64,000 nucleotides of DNA, taken from NCBI RefSeq assembly GCF_030144855.1, contig NC_082722.1, forward strand, positions 26,474,001 to 26,538,000. Direction: 5' to 3'. The notes below the pieces were generated by a model, which was not told the origin of the DNA, searched no databases, and saw only the letters and a program-made list of their open reading frames with translations. A program made the position numbers and the translations under genes. Positions within the stretch are counted from its first letter, which is position 1. Each line of letters opens with the position of its first letter. Source of the DNA: Hypanus sabinus (lineage: Eukaryota). Below, piece by piece: positions 36,301 to 49,099 of the stretch.

Positions 36301-39300
36301 GACAGTGCAGAGGACGTTCACCAGGTTGATTCCAGAGATGAGAGGGTTAAACTATGTGGAGAAATTCAGTCGCCTGGGACTGTATCGCTGGAATTCAGAA
36401 GGATGAAAGGAAATCTTATAGAAACATATAAAATTATAAAAGGGTTCGATAAGATCGAGCCAGGAAAGTTGGTTCCACTGGTAGGTGATACTAGAACTAG
36501 GGAAATCGCCTCTAGATTCGGGGGAGTAACTTTAGTATGGAGATTAGGAAGAACTGCTTTTCCCTAAGAGCAGTGAAATCACTGCCCACAAGGTTGGACA
36601 TCTTTTTGCATGGCTGGGGAATTCAGCATTATAGGGAAAGACAGGAAGATGGAGATGGGTCCCTTGTCGGATCAGCCATGATGTTATAGGCTCGATGGGT
36701 GAGATGGCCTACTGCTGTTCCTAATACTTATGTTCTTACCAAATTCCGGAAATTATGCATAGCCTACTACATAGCAAACATTCCGATATATTTAAAAAAA
36801 TAAATGATAAAAAACTGAGATGCCAAAAGAGGTATTTCGACGGATGTCAGGTGCATGGTCGATGAAGTAGATTTTATCATTACTTTTTTTTCCAGGAGAA
36901 AATGCGAAGAATGTTTGGGTCTTATTTGGAGTTCTACATATCACCGGGAATATGATTTTCTGGTTGTATAGTGGTGTTCTGCAGGGCTTGGTATTGGAAC
37001 TACTTCTTTTCCCTTTATATATCAATTATTTTGATGACGGAATTCATCGCTTTGTAGCAATGGTTTCAATACTCCAACAGAATTACTGAAATATCGACCT
37101 CTGGTAATAGCATGGATATATATTCTGGAGTACATTGCAATTCCATTTATTTCCCTATGAGTCCAATCCAGCCCTATTTTCCTGCAGATTGATAATTTTT
37201 TGAGAATGCCCAAAATTTAACCAATAAATGTTGTGACTGGAAGATCTCCTTATCATGGTAATCACTTTTAATTCTACGTTATATTAGTGTTAAAGAAAGC
37301 ACATGACATGGATGTGATATGATATCAAATGCAATTCAGTTCCATTATTCTCTCTATCCAATTGACCATTGCATTCGTTTTTGGGAAGTCGATCATTTTC
37401 TTTCGTGCACTTTGCCGTTAATCTTTAGCCATTTGCTAGAAAAAAAAATACAAATAGAAGACCGTGAAGGAATGCGTATTCAATAACTTTGGGTAAAATA
37501 TCTGTAGATGCTGGAATTCCAAGCAACACACACAAAATGTTGCAGGATCTCAGCAGGTCAGGCAACACCAGTTCTGCCAAATGTCTGACCCCAAAACGTC
37601 GACTGCTTTTCTCCACAGATGCTGCCTGGCCTGCTGAGTTCCTCTGGTATTAAAATGCTCTATTTTCTTTTCTCATGGTCACTATAAATGTATATTAGTT
37701 TCACAGTTTCTTCTTTTTTTACATGATCTAGAAGACAGCAATAAATGCCTGATTCTTGGATGTGCTTTGGGCGGACTGGCAATTGTAATTCTGATTATAA
37801 TTTTGATCAGAAGCGGAGTTAAGAGGAAACGTGGTAAGAACATGAATGATTTGATATCAAGATTTCCAATGTATTTTACGATTCACATTCGACAATACTA
37901 ATTATAAATAACAAGATAATTATACATTCCCGTTCAATTTATACAATCACCCCTTCTACCTACAATTTTCAGTCTCCTGGGGTTTTAAGGCTGTGAGTTC
38001 CTGCGGCGATTTTACACAAATAATAATAATCTTACTGTTATAGCTTGTTCTTTTGAGCTATAACATGACTGATGCTCTGCTACCGCCACTCTACTCTTGC
38101 AATCAAAATCTAGATCCACGACATTCATGAAAGGTCATGCACAACACATTTCATGACCACAATGTGCATCTCTACTACTTTGACTAGCTGTCAGGAGTTT
38201 CAACATTCGGCAACAAATTTGATTGCAATCCAATTCCCAACTTCATATTTTCTAACATTACTGCTATTATTTAAGGTGTTGTATTTTTTAATACATTAGG
38301 TATTAATAGAATCTCTGAGGAAGCAAGTCAGAGTGGAGAATCGGTAAGTGAAACAACTTTTCTTTTTGCTTTTGAGAGGAGTATATTAGAAATATAGAAA
38401 CCCTACAACACAATACATGCCCTTTGGCCCACAAAGCTGTGCCGAACATATCATTACCTTCGAAATTACCTATGGTTATCCATAACACTCCGCTTTTCAG
38501 AGATCCGGGTCTCTATCCAGGAGTTTATCTAACCAGGCGTTTAAAACACTCTATAGCATCCGTCTCCGCCACCATCGCTGGCAGCCCATCCCACGCACTC
38601 AACACTATGCGTAAAACAACCAGCACCTGACATCTCCTCTGTACCTACTTCCAAGCACCTTAAAACCGTGCCCTCTCGTGCTAGCCATTTCAGCCCTGGG
38701 GGGGGGGGGGGTTACTTTGACTATCCACATGATCAAGCCGCTCATCATCTTATACACCTCTATCAGGTTACCTCTCATTCTCTTCGCTCTAAAGAAAAAA
38801 TGCCGATTTCACTCAACCTATTCTCATGTGGCATGCTCCCCAATCCTAGCAATACGTTTGTAAATCTCCTGTGCACCCTTTCTATGGTTTCCACATCCTT
38901 CCCATAGTAAGGTGACAAGAACTGAGCAGTGAACTCCAAGTGGGGTCTGACAAGTGTCGTATATAACCTCCCAGCTCCTAAACTCAATCCCACGATTGAT
39001 GAAGGCCAATGCCTCTTATGCTTTCTTAACCACAGCGTCAACCTGCGCAACGGTTTTGAGTGTCCTATGGACACGGACCCCAAGATGACTCTAATCCTCC
39101 GCACTGATAAGAGTCTTACTATTAATATTCTATTCTGTCATCACATTTGACCTACCAAAATGAACCACCTCACACAAATCTGGTTTGAACTCCAGTGCCA
39201 CTTCTCAGCACAGTTTTGCATCCTATCCATGTCCCACTGTAACCCGTGACAGTCATTCACAATATCACCTTTGTGTCATCGGCATATTTACTAACCCATC

Positions 39301-41675
39301 CCTCCACTTCTTCATCCAGATCATTTATAAAAATCAGGAAGAGTAGGGATCCCACAACAATTCCCTGACGCACACCACTGGTCACCGACCTCTATGCATA
39401 ATCTGACCCGTCCTCATTTACTCTTTGCCTTCTGTGGGCTAGCCAGTTCTGGATCCACAAAGCAAAGTCCGCTTGGATCCCGTGCCTCTTTAATTGCTCA
39501 GTAAGCCTTGCATGGGGTACGTTGTAAAATGCCTTGCTGAAATCCATACACATTACATTTACTGCTCTACCTTCATCAATGTGTTTAATCTCACCCCCCC
39601 AAAAAAAATTCAATCAGTTTCGTAAGGCATGACCTGTCTTTGACAAAGACATGCTGACTATTCCTAATCCTATTTTGCATCTCCAAATGTTCATAAATCC
39701 TTCATCTCAGGATCTTCTCCATCAACGTACCAACCACTGACGTAAGAATCACTGGGCTATAATTTCCTGGGCTATCTCTACTCCCTTTCTTGAATAACGG
39801 AACAACACCCGCAACCCTCCAATCCTCCTGAAGCTCTCTCTTCCCCAGTGCAGATGCAAAGATCATCGTCAAAGGCTCAGCAATCTCCTCCCTCGCCTCC
39901 CACAGTAGCCTGGGGTACATCTCGTCCGGTCCTAGTGACTTATCCAACCTGATGCTTTCCCAAAGCTCCAGCACGTCCTCTTATTTAATATCTACATGCT
40001 CAAACTTTTCAGTCCGCTATAAGTCATCCCAACGATCGCCAAGTTCCTTTTCCGGAGTGAATACTGAAGCAAAGTATTTTATATGTACCTCTGCAAATTC
40101 CCGCGGTTCCATAAACACTTCACCGTCGTCACACTTGTTCGGTCGTATTCCCTCACATCTTATCTTATTGCTCTTCACATACTTATTGGTGGAGGAATAT
40201 TATGATCAATTACCACCTAAGCATGGATATGTCTGCGTGTGCATGAGAACTGGTGACAAACTCACCGGCAAAACGGTCCTTCAATAGTCCGTAAGGTCGG
40301 AGGACGACAAAGGTGACAGTCGTCCCTTCGTAAACTGTTGGGAAAGGAGGAAAAAGGAAATAACTGCGGAAGGGAAAATATGACGAGAGATGGGAAACTC
40401 ATCCTACTCGTATAATAGCTTTTAAATACTACTTGAAAATCAATTTCAATCTTAAAAGATCATAGGGACTTTCAGCACTAGAGAAAACACATCTCGTATC
40501 GTTTCTGAAATACTATACATCGCAATAACATTATCTGGTGTTAGAATGTTATTGCGCCGCATATTTACTCAATTGCGGTTACATTTTCATACTCATTTTT
40601 CTCTTTATGGGATGGGAATTGCATTAGACCCTTCATAGTGTAACAACCACTTTGTAATAGGCTGGACAAGCCCCAGTTGAACATGCCCTTGCCTATGTTA
40701 CACTAACCGTGTGAAAAATCAAAATAAATCGCAAGGTCAGCCACCAGGATAAACATGTTGGCTATGTAAAGGTAAAGCCAAACGTTTGGGGGCGGAAGTG
40801 CAAAATCGGATTGTTTTTGGAAGAAATAATTACAATTCATGTCTTAAACCATAAAAATGCCTGGGTCCAATTTTGGTGGTTGATGGTGGTCGTCTATCTC
40901 GAATGACAATGTCTGATGATCATCATCATCACAAGCCAGTGCGGAAGGTATGGAGATACTAAGATGCCCATTCCTTAAAATCCCCCTCTCCGCCTCACCA
41001 GTGTACTCCAAAGGAAAGCTTATAAAGCAATACGTTTGTTAACAGCTTGGCGGCAGGAGCTCCCGAAATGATGTTCAATATCTTCCAGCCGCATTGGGAG
41101 CTCCATCCCGGATTTGCTGCTTGGGTTTAGTCCCGTGGCTTTCGTCTCTCACGAGGCAGCCCCACGGCATTGGGAGTATTTACTCATAGATGGGGATCTG
41201 GTTCATGAACACCAGGGCGTGAGCATACACCGGTGGGCCTGGGTGCTACGTGTTCAGCAGTCAGACCACCTCCTCGTCCTCCGTAAGCAGCCCGAGACCG
41301 CAAGTAGTTTAGTTTCCGTGTAAAATAATACCTTATAAAATAATGCAAAACGTGGCAACGAAACCAGTGAAGAACAAAGAAACAGCTTTTTTTCTTTTGA
41401 CTTTTCAGTACAAACTGTTTTAAATGGCTGTAATCTGAAAATGAAAATTATTACATACATTACAATTGTATCTTAAAATCTATCGCTTCGATTTTTTGTT
41501 GGACAATTGATAAAGACTCGATATTGAATTACTTCCACAGACTCGACGTGGCGCAGATGAAACGGTGACACAAGCCGGTCTGCAGCTTCCCAACAATAAA
41601 ACATCAACATTTAAGCACGACAACGAGGATTCAGTGTACGCAAATGTAAGGCTTTCACAAGAAACGAGAAGCTGA
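33307..41675 (+). CDS. Intact six-exon non-rearranging VJ-C1-TM-ITIM immunoglobulin-superfamily receptor (NCR3/SIRP/PRARP-like architecture), 312 aa
   Basis: join(33307-33361,33538-33843,35019-35315,37732-37833,38300-38343,41541-41675) = 939 nt. All introns are GT-AG, phases are 1-1-1-1-0, and the frame is open to TGA at 41673-41675. The product has a signal peptide, V-set domain, C1-set domain, TM and about 67 aa of tail. Confidence 0.88.
33538..33843 (+). CDS. Exon: V-set Ig domain with germline-encoded J-like G strand
   Basis: Motifs are B-strand Cys (SMYCKF), C-strand Trp (EVSWW), DVGVYYC and [11 protein letters not shown]. Acceptor TTGTCAG, donor A|GTAAGT, 306 nt, phase 1/1. Most of it is visible in ORF 33420..33905. 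Confidence 0.93.
35019..35315 (+). CDS. Exon: C1-set Ig domain
   Basis: [17 protein letters not shown] and YTCLVSH are C1 signatures. Acceptor TTTTGTAG, donor G|GTAAG, 297 nt, phase 1/1 (ORF 35081..35347). Confidence 0.93.
35400..36740 (+). mobile_element. Degenerate CR1 in intron 3
   Basis: [18 protein letters not shown] and [11 protein letters not shown] motifs. Confidence 0.88.
37732..37833 (+). CDS. Exon: transmembrane [34 protein letters not shown]
   Basis: Uncharged hydrophobic stretch followed by a basic stop-transfer sequence. AG/GTAAG sites, 102 nt, homologous to the exon at 10069-10167. Confidence 0.85.
38300..38343 (+). CDS. Exon: cytoplasmic 1 [15 protein letters not shown]
   Basis: 44 nt, phase 1 to 0, strong donor TCG|GTAAGT. 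Same length and phases as the paralogous exon at 10815-10858. Confidence 0.78.
38480..40190 (-). mobile_element. Degenerate CR1 in intron 5
   Basis: [22 protein letters not shown] and [15 protein letters not shown] motifs on the minus strand. Confidence 0.88.
40860..41320 (-). mobile_element. Probable RTE-related retroelement fragment
   Basis: (CAT)n tail on the left and a GC-richer body. Family assignment is from recall only. Confidence 0.4.
41541..41675 (+). CDS. Exon: cytoplasmic 2 with ITIM-consensus SVYANV
   Basis: Acceptor TTCCACAG, phase 0, translates to [44 protein letters not shown]. Homologous to 15804-15935 and 42415-42528. Confidence 0.82.
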   Translation, partial: TRRGADETVTQAGLQLPNNKTSTFKHDNEDSVYANVRLSQETRS

Positions 41676-42414
41676 AAATCGAAAAAGGCTTCTGTTCCGT
41701 GGACTGTGAACGAATGCATGTCCCCCGGGTTGTTTCTCCTTATCTATAGCAGAGAAACTAAAGGGCGACGGCTGACATAATACTGACAGATAAGAATAAG
41801 AAGAGTGGACGTTGTGACAGACGAGCGAAATTTTATTCTGTCCCTACCAATATACATTTTTACAATTTCAAAAGAACGTCAGATATATCAGTTCAGAGGG
41901 AATCAAAAGTGTGCTCTAGTTCATATACGTCAGCTTGCAGAACAACAATATCGCTGACGATATAACATCACAATATCGTAATGTCTTCTTGCGAGAAGCT
42001 CAAGTTCAAATTAAACTTCAATTGAGTTGAAACAACCACCTATGAGCGCAGTAGCTGAATCAGGTTGCGAAAATCAGCACAAATAACTGAAAAATACGCT
42101 TGTATTGTGAGTTATCCAAATATTTAGTAACATGACTATTACTTCAATGAATTCTCTATTCTCCTAATTATATTTTGAGAAAATTCATTTTAAATAAGGA
42201 AAGAAACGGTCATTCTTCTGTGGGATAAGAGAAACCCTTGCAGTTCAAACTCTAGAAGGATCAAAAAAAGGAAATCTTCAAGAACACTGAAATAAACTTC
42301 GTGTAAAGCGGTAGGAATCTGAAATTGAAATTTGATGAGTACATCACTAATTTATTTTGCGATCGTTTGATTCAATTGGCTTCTGTACGTTCGATTTTGA
42401 CATTACCTCCACAA

Positions 42415-42528
42415 TCTAAAAATGAAGCTGACAAACTGACTTGCGCAGCTCTGTAACCTCACAATCCCATTAATACATCAGCATCCAAACTTAAAAGCAA
42501 TCATACATTGAGCGCAGCTATACAGTAA
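42415..42528 (+). pseudogene. Dead duplicate of the terminal ITIM exon
   Basis: SKNEADKLTCAAL*PHNPINTSASKLKSNHTLSAAIQ*. The acceptor AG has become AA, both Tyr are lost, and the flanks align with 15640-16250. Confidence 0.78.
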
Positions 42529-45500
42529 TCACATCAAGGAAGCTGTTTAGCTGAGAATCCAGTTGTAGTTCAGAGCTGTAGATCACCAATGAGTGCAGAC
42601 CCGAGGCATTGCTTCGTTTCTGTGCTCAGTGCTTCGTCTGATGAGCTCAGTCATAATCTCCTCTTCTGCTCCATCGCACATTTCTCAGTCATTTCTAGAA
42701 AAATGATCTATTTTCCATTAAATATGCCCCAATAATTTACCTCAATATTCCTCAGACAATGAAAAAAACACAACATTCAGAGATTCGCCGCCATTGGCGA
42801 GACAAACTTCTCTTTAAATGCACTTAGAAGACGCCAATTATAAAGAAGTGAATTTCGCTCAGCTTGCAACCACTCCACCACTCCGCCACTCCAGCCAACA
42901 GATTGTTCCCAATTATCACCTGACAGCTTCGGTCATACATCTCTTTCGCACATTTATTTATTATCTTCCCTCTACACTCCAATCCCGAGTCTCGATATTA
43001 AAAGGTTGAGCATTCTGTTGCTTTCAGACTCATTGTATAGCCCAATGAATTGGCCTGGCAGCTTCGTTTTATTTCAGGCCAAATAATTGGGTGGCTCGAT
43101 GATAATATACTTGGAAAACATCAAATAATGATTTTGGCATCTCGTAAACCTTCACTGAATTGTGCTCCAACCCACAGGGAAACCGATAAATAGGAATATT
43201 GAATTCAGTGGTAATGTTTCATGGTAATGCAGTGTGTAACTTAAGTAAAATGGCAGCAAATACAATTAGTACCTCGTGAGGGGAAAAATCATTCTTCTGT
43301 CGCGTTCGGCTGAGAAGACAGCATTTGCCTATCCTGTTGGCTAAGACTTCCGGTAACTCTACGTCAATATAAGAACAGTGATATATTTACAAATTTGAAT
43401 GCATAATGTTATGCAGGAGGTAGGGCAATGGGTCGCTACTGGCCTTCATTGAAATGTTAAAAGTTTCAGGTTTTATAGACATCGAGAAAGAAGTGATTTG
43501 TCACTGCATTAAATTTTATGAATGGAATACAAAGAGGTTTGCTTTGTTTATTCATTGGCTACCTTTTTCTGAATGACCCCTTTTGTAATCTACCGAAAAT
43601 GTTACATTCTTCTCTGGACGAGTACTTTATCTAAGTGTCAATATGAAAGTTACGTTTTCTTTCGGAGGGGGAATTCGCGTCTGTAATGATCACAATGGGA
43701 AGTGTTTGCACATCAATATTTAACCTTGACGTGATTCAAAGCTCTTTGTAGGTTTCAAGTCAATGGTAATACGCAAAATTTGATACGGGAGACGGGGCAA
43801 GACAGCAAGAACAAAATTACGGAAGTTTGTGGACGCAGGTCAGTTGATTAGGTAACCAGCCTCCTCTCTATGAGGTCTTTATATACTTGCCCCCACTGTT
43901 ACCATTAATTTGTGCGGGTATGCAGCCGCGCAGTAACTGAAGTGCTCCTGCGCACATAGCCTTTGCTGTCACGTAGTTCGAATTTCTTCTAGATAATACT
44001 AATCTAATTTTGAAATTATGCTAATATGATTATGAAGTCTATGTTAATGGATTTGTGAAATATCATATAATTGCATGCTAATGAATGTGAACCGTAATTT
44101 TTCTGCATAATGAACGTAGGACAACTTTAATATGAAACACTTTAGAGTGTCAACGTTCTTACATTATCAGTGTTGCAAATTACAGCACTGGTACATATTG
44201 TCACAACAAACTCAGTAAGGAAATCGGTCTCTCATTGTTAATGAACTACCAGACCGTGCATAATCTTCCGAGAGGCCGTGTAAAAATCTCCTGCTCAGAG
44301 CGATGGTTAGTCCACGCTGCTGCAAAATTAGAGGGAGCATTGCTTCGTATCCCGATGATAAACAATCAGGCTAATCAAGGTTTTCGGTTCGAAAAGGCAA
44401 CAGTTCATTCCATTTCATAAATGCTGTGAGTCCTGCTAAGTTCCTGCAGGATTTTGTATTTATTACTCTGGATTTCAGCATCTCCAGAAACTCCTGTGTT
44501 TATGATTTATTGGGCCACTGGAACAGTATACGGAAGCGTTAAGGTACAGAGGAACCTTAGGGGACACATGGATAGTCTCCTGAAAATACGATACTCAGTT
44601 TATTAGATAAGAGGGCCTTTGGCCAACTTGCCCTCTTGACAGTGTATTAACGAATGCTGGGACAGTATGTTGCAGCATTAGCCATTGGTTAGGCCGCACT
44701 TGGAGGGTTGCGTGTTCTTCTGGTCACCATAAGATAGAATGAACGTGGCAGAGTTAGAAAGATTTCAGTAGAAATACACCGGGACTTTGCCTTGAAGGGG
44801 AGACTGTAGTGGCCTGGAGAGATTGGATAGAAAAGGGTTTTTGACTCTGGAGTATAGCAGACTGGATGATAACATGAAATTTGTATAAACATGTCTACCG
44901 ACATTAATATTGTGGATTCTCACAGTCAATTTCCCAAGCCTGGGGAACTAAACCTAGACGACATCGTTCTGAACTGAGAGAAGAAACATTTAAAGAATAA
45001 CTCTGTATGGCAGGGTTTTCACAAAGAGGAGTTTAGATGTATGAAACATGTTGCCAGAGGAAGTGATAGAAGAATGGAAAATAACAGTTGTATAAATATA
45101 TCGTTCCGAATGTTCGAGACGGGCCGCTTACGTGCTGTACATCACTATTCAATTTCTTCTTTTAGCTAAAGATATGCAACTAAGTCTACACGCAGGTCAA
45201 CAGGAAGTTATAAATAGCAGAAAATAGAAATGCACGAATGAACCTAATGATATTACGGGAAGTCTTTGTGGGTAAAGTTTTTTATAGCTCAAAAGTCGAT
45301 TTGCAGACTTGTTTATTTTTTATTTGATCGCTTAGGTTACACACAATGGCTCAAAGTTAAAATGAGTGATTTCGAACCCTCTTCGTACCAATAAAAGTTT
45401 TCCATGTTGTTCTGCAATGTCCGTGTTTCGATTCTACGGCTTGAACTTTCTGCAAAGTGAATAATGTGAAGCGTTATCACAACATCAGATAAAATCCAAT

Positions 45501-46024
45501 GCAATTGCGGAACCAGTTATACTTCACAGTAGTACAGAAAAACTCATAACAAAATCAATGTCAAGAAAAACATTTTGTTTATCCAGCGGTCCAAGCGTGA
45601 GGTGGCATCAATGTAGAGGAATGAACAGTTGACTTTTCGAGCCGAGAACCTTGAATAGCCTGTCATAAGAGAATACATGGAGAAGGATTGAAAATTACTC
45701 TCATTTGATTCAGAAAATAATGGAATCTAGTGGGAATTTTGTCAATGTTTTTCTATATGTCTTAACATACTCTTAAAAAAACAGAGTGGCCTTCCTATGA
45801 AGAAAGTTTTTTTTTATTTGCGTGATGAATTACAATACCGAGGTAGATTTTAGACTAACTTTCCTCCGTAGATGACTATGAAGTGTTGTCAAAATTGTAC
45901 TGAGTTGAACAGATCTCTGGGTGATGAGAGCATTTGGTTTCGAATCTGAAATATAAACCTAAATGGAAGGAAAATATCCCTGTCTGGCCAAGGCAACATG
46001 AAAATGTTAAGAGATATAATTTAT

Positions 46025-46790
46025 CACCGCCATTCAGGGCCCCAAACAGTCCATCCTGGTGAGGCAACACTTTCATTTCCGAATCTTTTATCTTTATCTA
46101 CTCTGTCCTGTTCTTCCGATACCATTTCCTCTACGTTGGCGCGACCCTATATAAATTAGAGTACCGCTTTTTCAGGCACCATCCACATAAAGTGGAAATT
46201 CCGGTGGCCAGTCATTGTCCTTCCTATCTCCATTCTCGTCACGGAATTTTGGTCCTCGGCTTCTTCTTCTTCTTCCACCATGAGGCTACTCTGAGGTTGG
46301 AGGATCAACGCTTCATTTTTAGTCTAGGTACCCTGCAACCTGATGGCATGAACATCGATTTCTCCTTTCATTAATTTTTCTGTCTCCCTTCCGTCTTCCT
46401 GAGTTCAACACTCTAGCCTCCTACCTCTTCTAATCTCCTACCTATGTCGCCTTCTTTGTGCCCTTCCAGCTTCCCTTTCTCGCACGGTCTACTCTCCTAT
46501 CCTATCAGATTTATTTTTCTATAGTACTTTTCCTTTTCCATCTACTACCTGGCAGATTTTTACTTCATCGCCTCTCCCCCACTCATCTGGCTTTACCCAT
46601 GACCTTCTTGTTAGTCCTCCTTTCACTCTCCCGGTTTCGTATTCTGACATATTCCCTCTTCCTTTCCAATGCTGATGAAGGGTCTTGACCCTAAACATCG
46701 ACTGTTCCTTCACTTCCTTATATGCTTCTTTCCCGGCTGAGCTCCTTTACATATTTGTGTGTGTCGTTATGGATTGCCAGCAACTCTGCA
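46025..46790 (+). mobile_element. Penelope-like element 3' fragment (paralogue of the 27815 insertion)
   Basis: ORF 46192..46374 PVASH...EATLRLEDQRFIFSLGTLQPDGMNIDFS. A hammerhead-like relic lies at 46672-46704. Confidence 0.82.
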
Positions 46791-46879
46791 AAAGCTCTTC
46801 TATTACAGATGCGAATACTTTTTTAAGAACATTTGTGGAAAATGTTTTACATACGCAGAAAATTGGAATATTAGGCTCT

Positions 46880-48560
46880 CATGGTAACGTGTTGGATCTG
46901 ACGGAGAATTGCTGAGATTGCTGGAGATAAGAGAAGGGAAGAAGGAGCATAAAGCCATCGGTCATGCTGGGTTCCCTTTGGTCTTCGACCCAATGTTCAA
47001 AGATCTGAATGAAGAAATACAAGACCATAGCCTCACTGCTGTTTTGCGACACTTCTACAGACGCTGTGTCCTTTTCCCGAGTAAATACGGATCCATTTAA
47101 GGTCTCCCCGTTCTCTGTTGGATTCCTGCATAGGTTATCATTCTGCTCTCCCAGAGGACCAGATTTTTGGCACTTGAAATCCTTTTTATTTTCTCGCAAC
47201 ATATCTTAACATACCAATTCAACTGTATTTCAGACATTTCTACCGAACCGACCTCCACTTTCTCGAATTTTTCACATTTACCAAGCTCCTATTTCTTGAA
47301 AAATTTCCCCTAGACCCATTTTAACTCTTTTCTCTCACACCTTCAATTGATGTATTCTTATTTTCCATTAGCCTATCCTGGGTAAAATACTGGTCTGCCT
47401 ACGCCCCTCGTCACTTAAAATTCCTATATAAGGTCATCGTTCAACCTCTTGTACTCGAGAAAGAATAACGCAGCCTGTCCCTACAGTTAAAAGCTTGTTG
47501 TCCAGAAAACATTCTTGTGAGTCCTTTATGCACTGCGTTAAGTACTGCCATCTCTTGTCGATAGCTGGGCGATCAGTAATACACAGAATACTCTTAGTTT
47601 TCCACTAACAACGTGTATAGTACAACAGAACATCCCAGACACTACACTCACTACTTCAACTGTTGTGTCAAGTGAGACAAACACCTTCTTTACCTTTCCC
47701 TCTACGCTCATCGCCGCTTGCCCTCGGTCACTGTGTTCTACTTCAACCACCAGGGGAATTTAATGTGTAATTCCAGCTTTATTTTATCCAACCAAATTGC
47801 AACATTACGTCATTGTCCAGGTTAAATTATATCTGCACTTGAAGGACCACTTTGCCAGTTAATTTTCTTGGTTAGCTTTCACTTTCTATTGTATCAGAAA
47901 TTTCATTGCCTCCCCGAAGTTATTAATGATGTTAACAATATTATCCTCTTAAGTGTTTCAGAACTACATGACAAAGAGTATTGAGACATGAACCGCCCTC
48001 TTCAGTACATCAATAGTTGGTGGCCTTCATTCTTGAATAGCAAATCTCCACTAACACCTTATTATGTCATACAAAACCAATTCGGTGCCCTCGTGTTCAT
48101 CGGCTGGCTAAACCTGATTCCCATGCAGCCTGGCTTTCTATATTAGTATGCCATACTGGACGTTGCGAATCTCAATGAAGGTATATTCTACTGCCCTGCC
48201 CTCAGCAAATCTCTTCCTCACATCTCAAAACAGCTCAATGAAATATGTGAGATAAGGTTTCCCGTGAAAAATCCATGCCGGCTGTTACCTTTTTAGTCCT
48301 CGCCTTTCTAAATTCAGAGAGAATGTCTACATCAGAATCCACTCCATTGTCTTCCCTGCACCGATGTCAGTTTTGCTACCCGTAACACTCGGCTTATCCT
48401 TGAAGGCCTTTTAAATGAATGCACATTATCCACACTTCTGTGTTCCGTTGCCCCAATTGTAGTAAAAGACGGAGTTGATATCTCTGCAATTGCCATTATA
48501 TTCCCTTTCCTAACTCCCTCTACTGTCGACCGACACACTTGATCAGGCTCATCAAACATG
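46880..48560 (-). mobile_element. Degenerate CR1 fragments
   Basis: ETLNGSVFTREKD-type ORF2 pieces and the RT 3' end on the minus strand. Confidence 0.8.
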
Positions 48561-49099
48561 CTGTGTTGTTACATCTCTAGAACCCACCTCCCATCCCGCC
48601 CATCCTCCGCCCCATCACCACCCCTCCCCTTTTCTCATGTGGATGTTTGAAATCATTTGAATTAATTCCTTTAATTTCTTCGCTGCCATGATTTTCACCA
48701 CAGTTATAAAGAAAAGAAATAATAACCTTCAGCTCAAACGTCGCCATGAGTTCCACACATAGATGATCACGCTGTTACTTCAGAGTCGCTATTTCATCTT
48801 TTCCCCTCAATATATCATTGCAAGATATTTCATGCCATCTTTGTGCTGTCATGATTTCTCTCGAGTGTACCAGAATATCTCACTGGAACTCGTTCCCTAC
48901 AGATGATACAGGACTCTTTCTCCTGACCAGTGTCTTGTTACACTCGTCAACCGCGATTCAATAATAATGTTAGCCTTGTTATTCTGTCTGTCAGTATAGC
49001 TCGTGTATGTTATTGCCAGTAACTGGAGGGCATAGCCTCGAAATAAAAGATATCTATCATCAGGGGAAGTATAGGAGAATGCAGCCGAGCCTTTTCTTC

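Larger units (their letters stand above)
42270..49060 (+). repeat. Segmental duplication copy B
   Basis: For example gaagtgttgtcaaatttgtact (27701) vs gaagtgttgtcaaaattgtact (45880), and gattttcaccacagt (32059 vs 48690). Confidence 0.85.
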
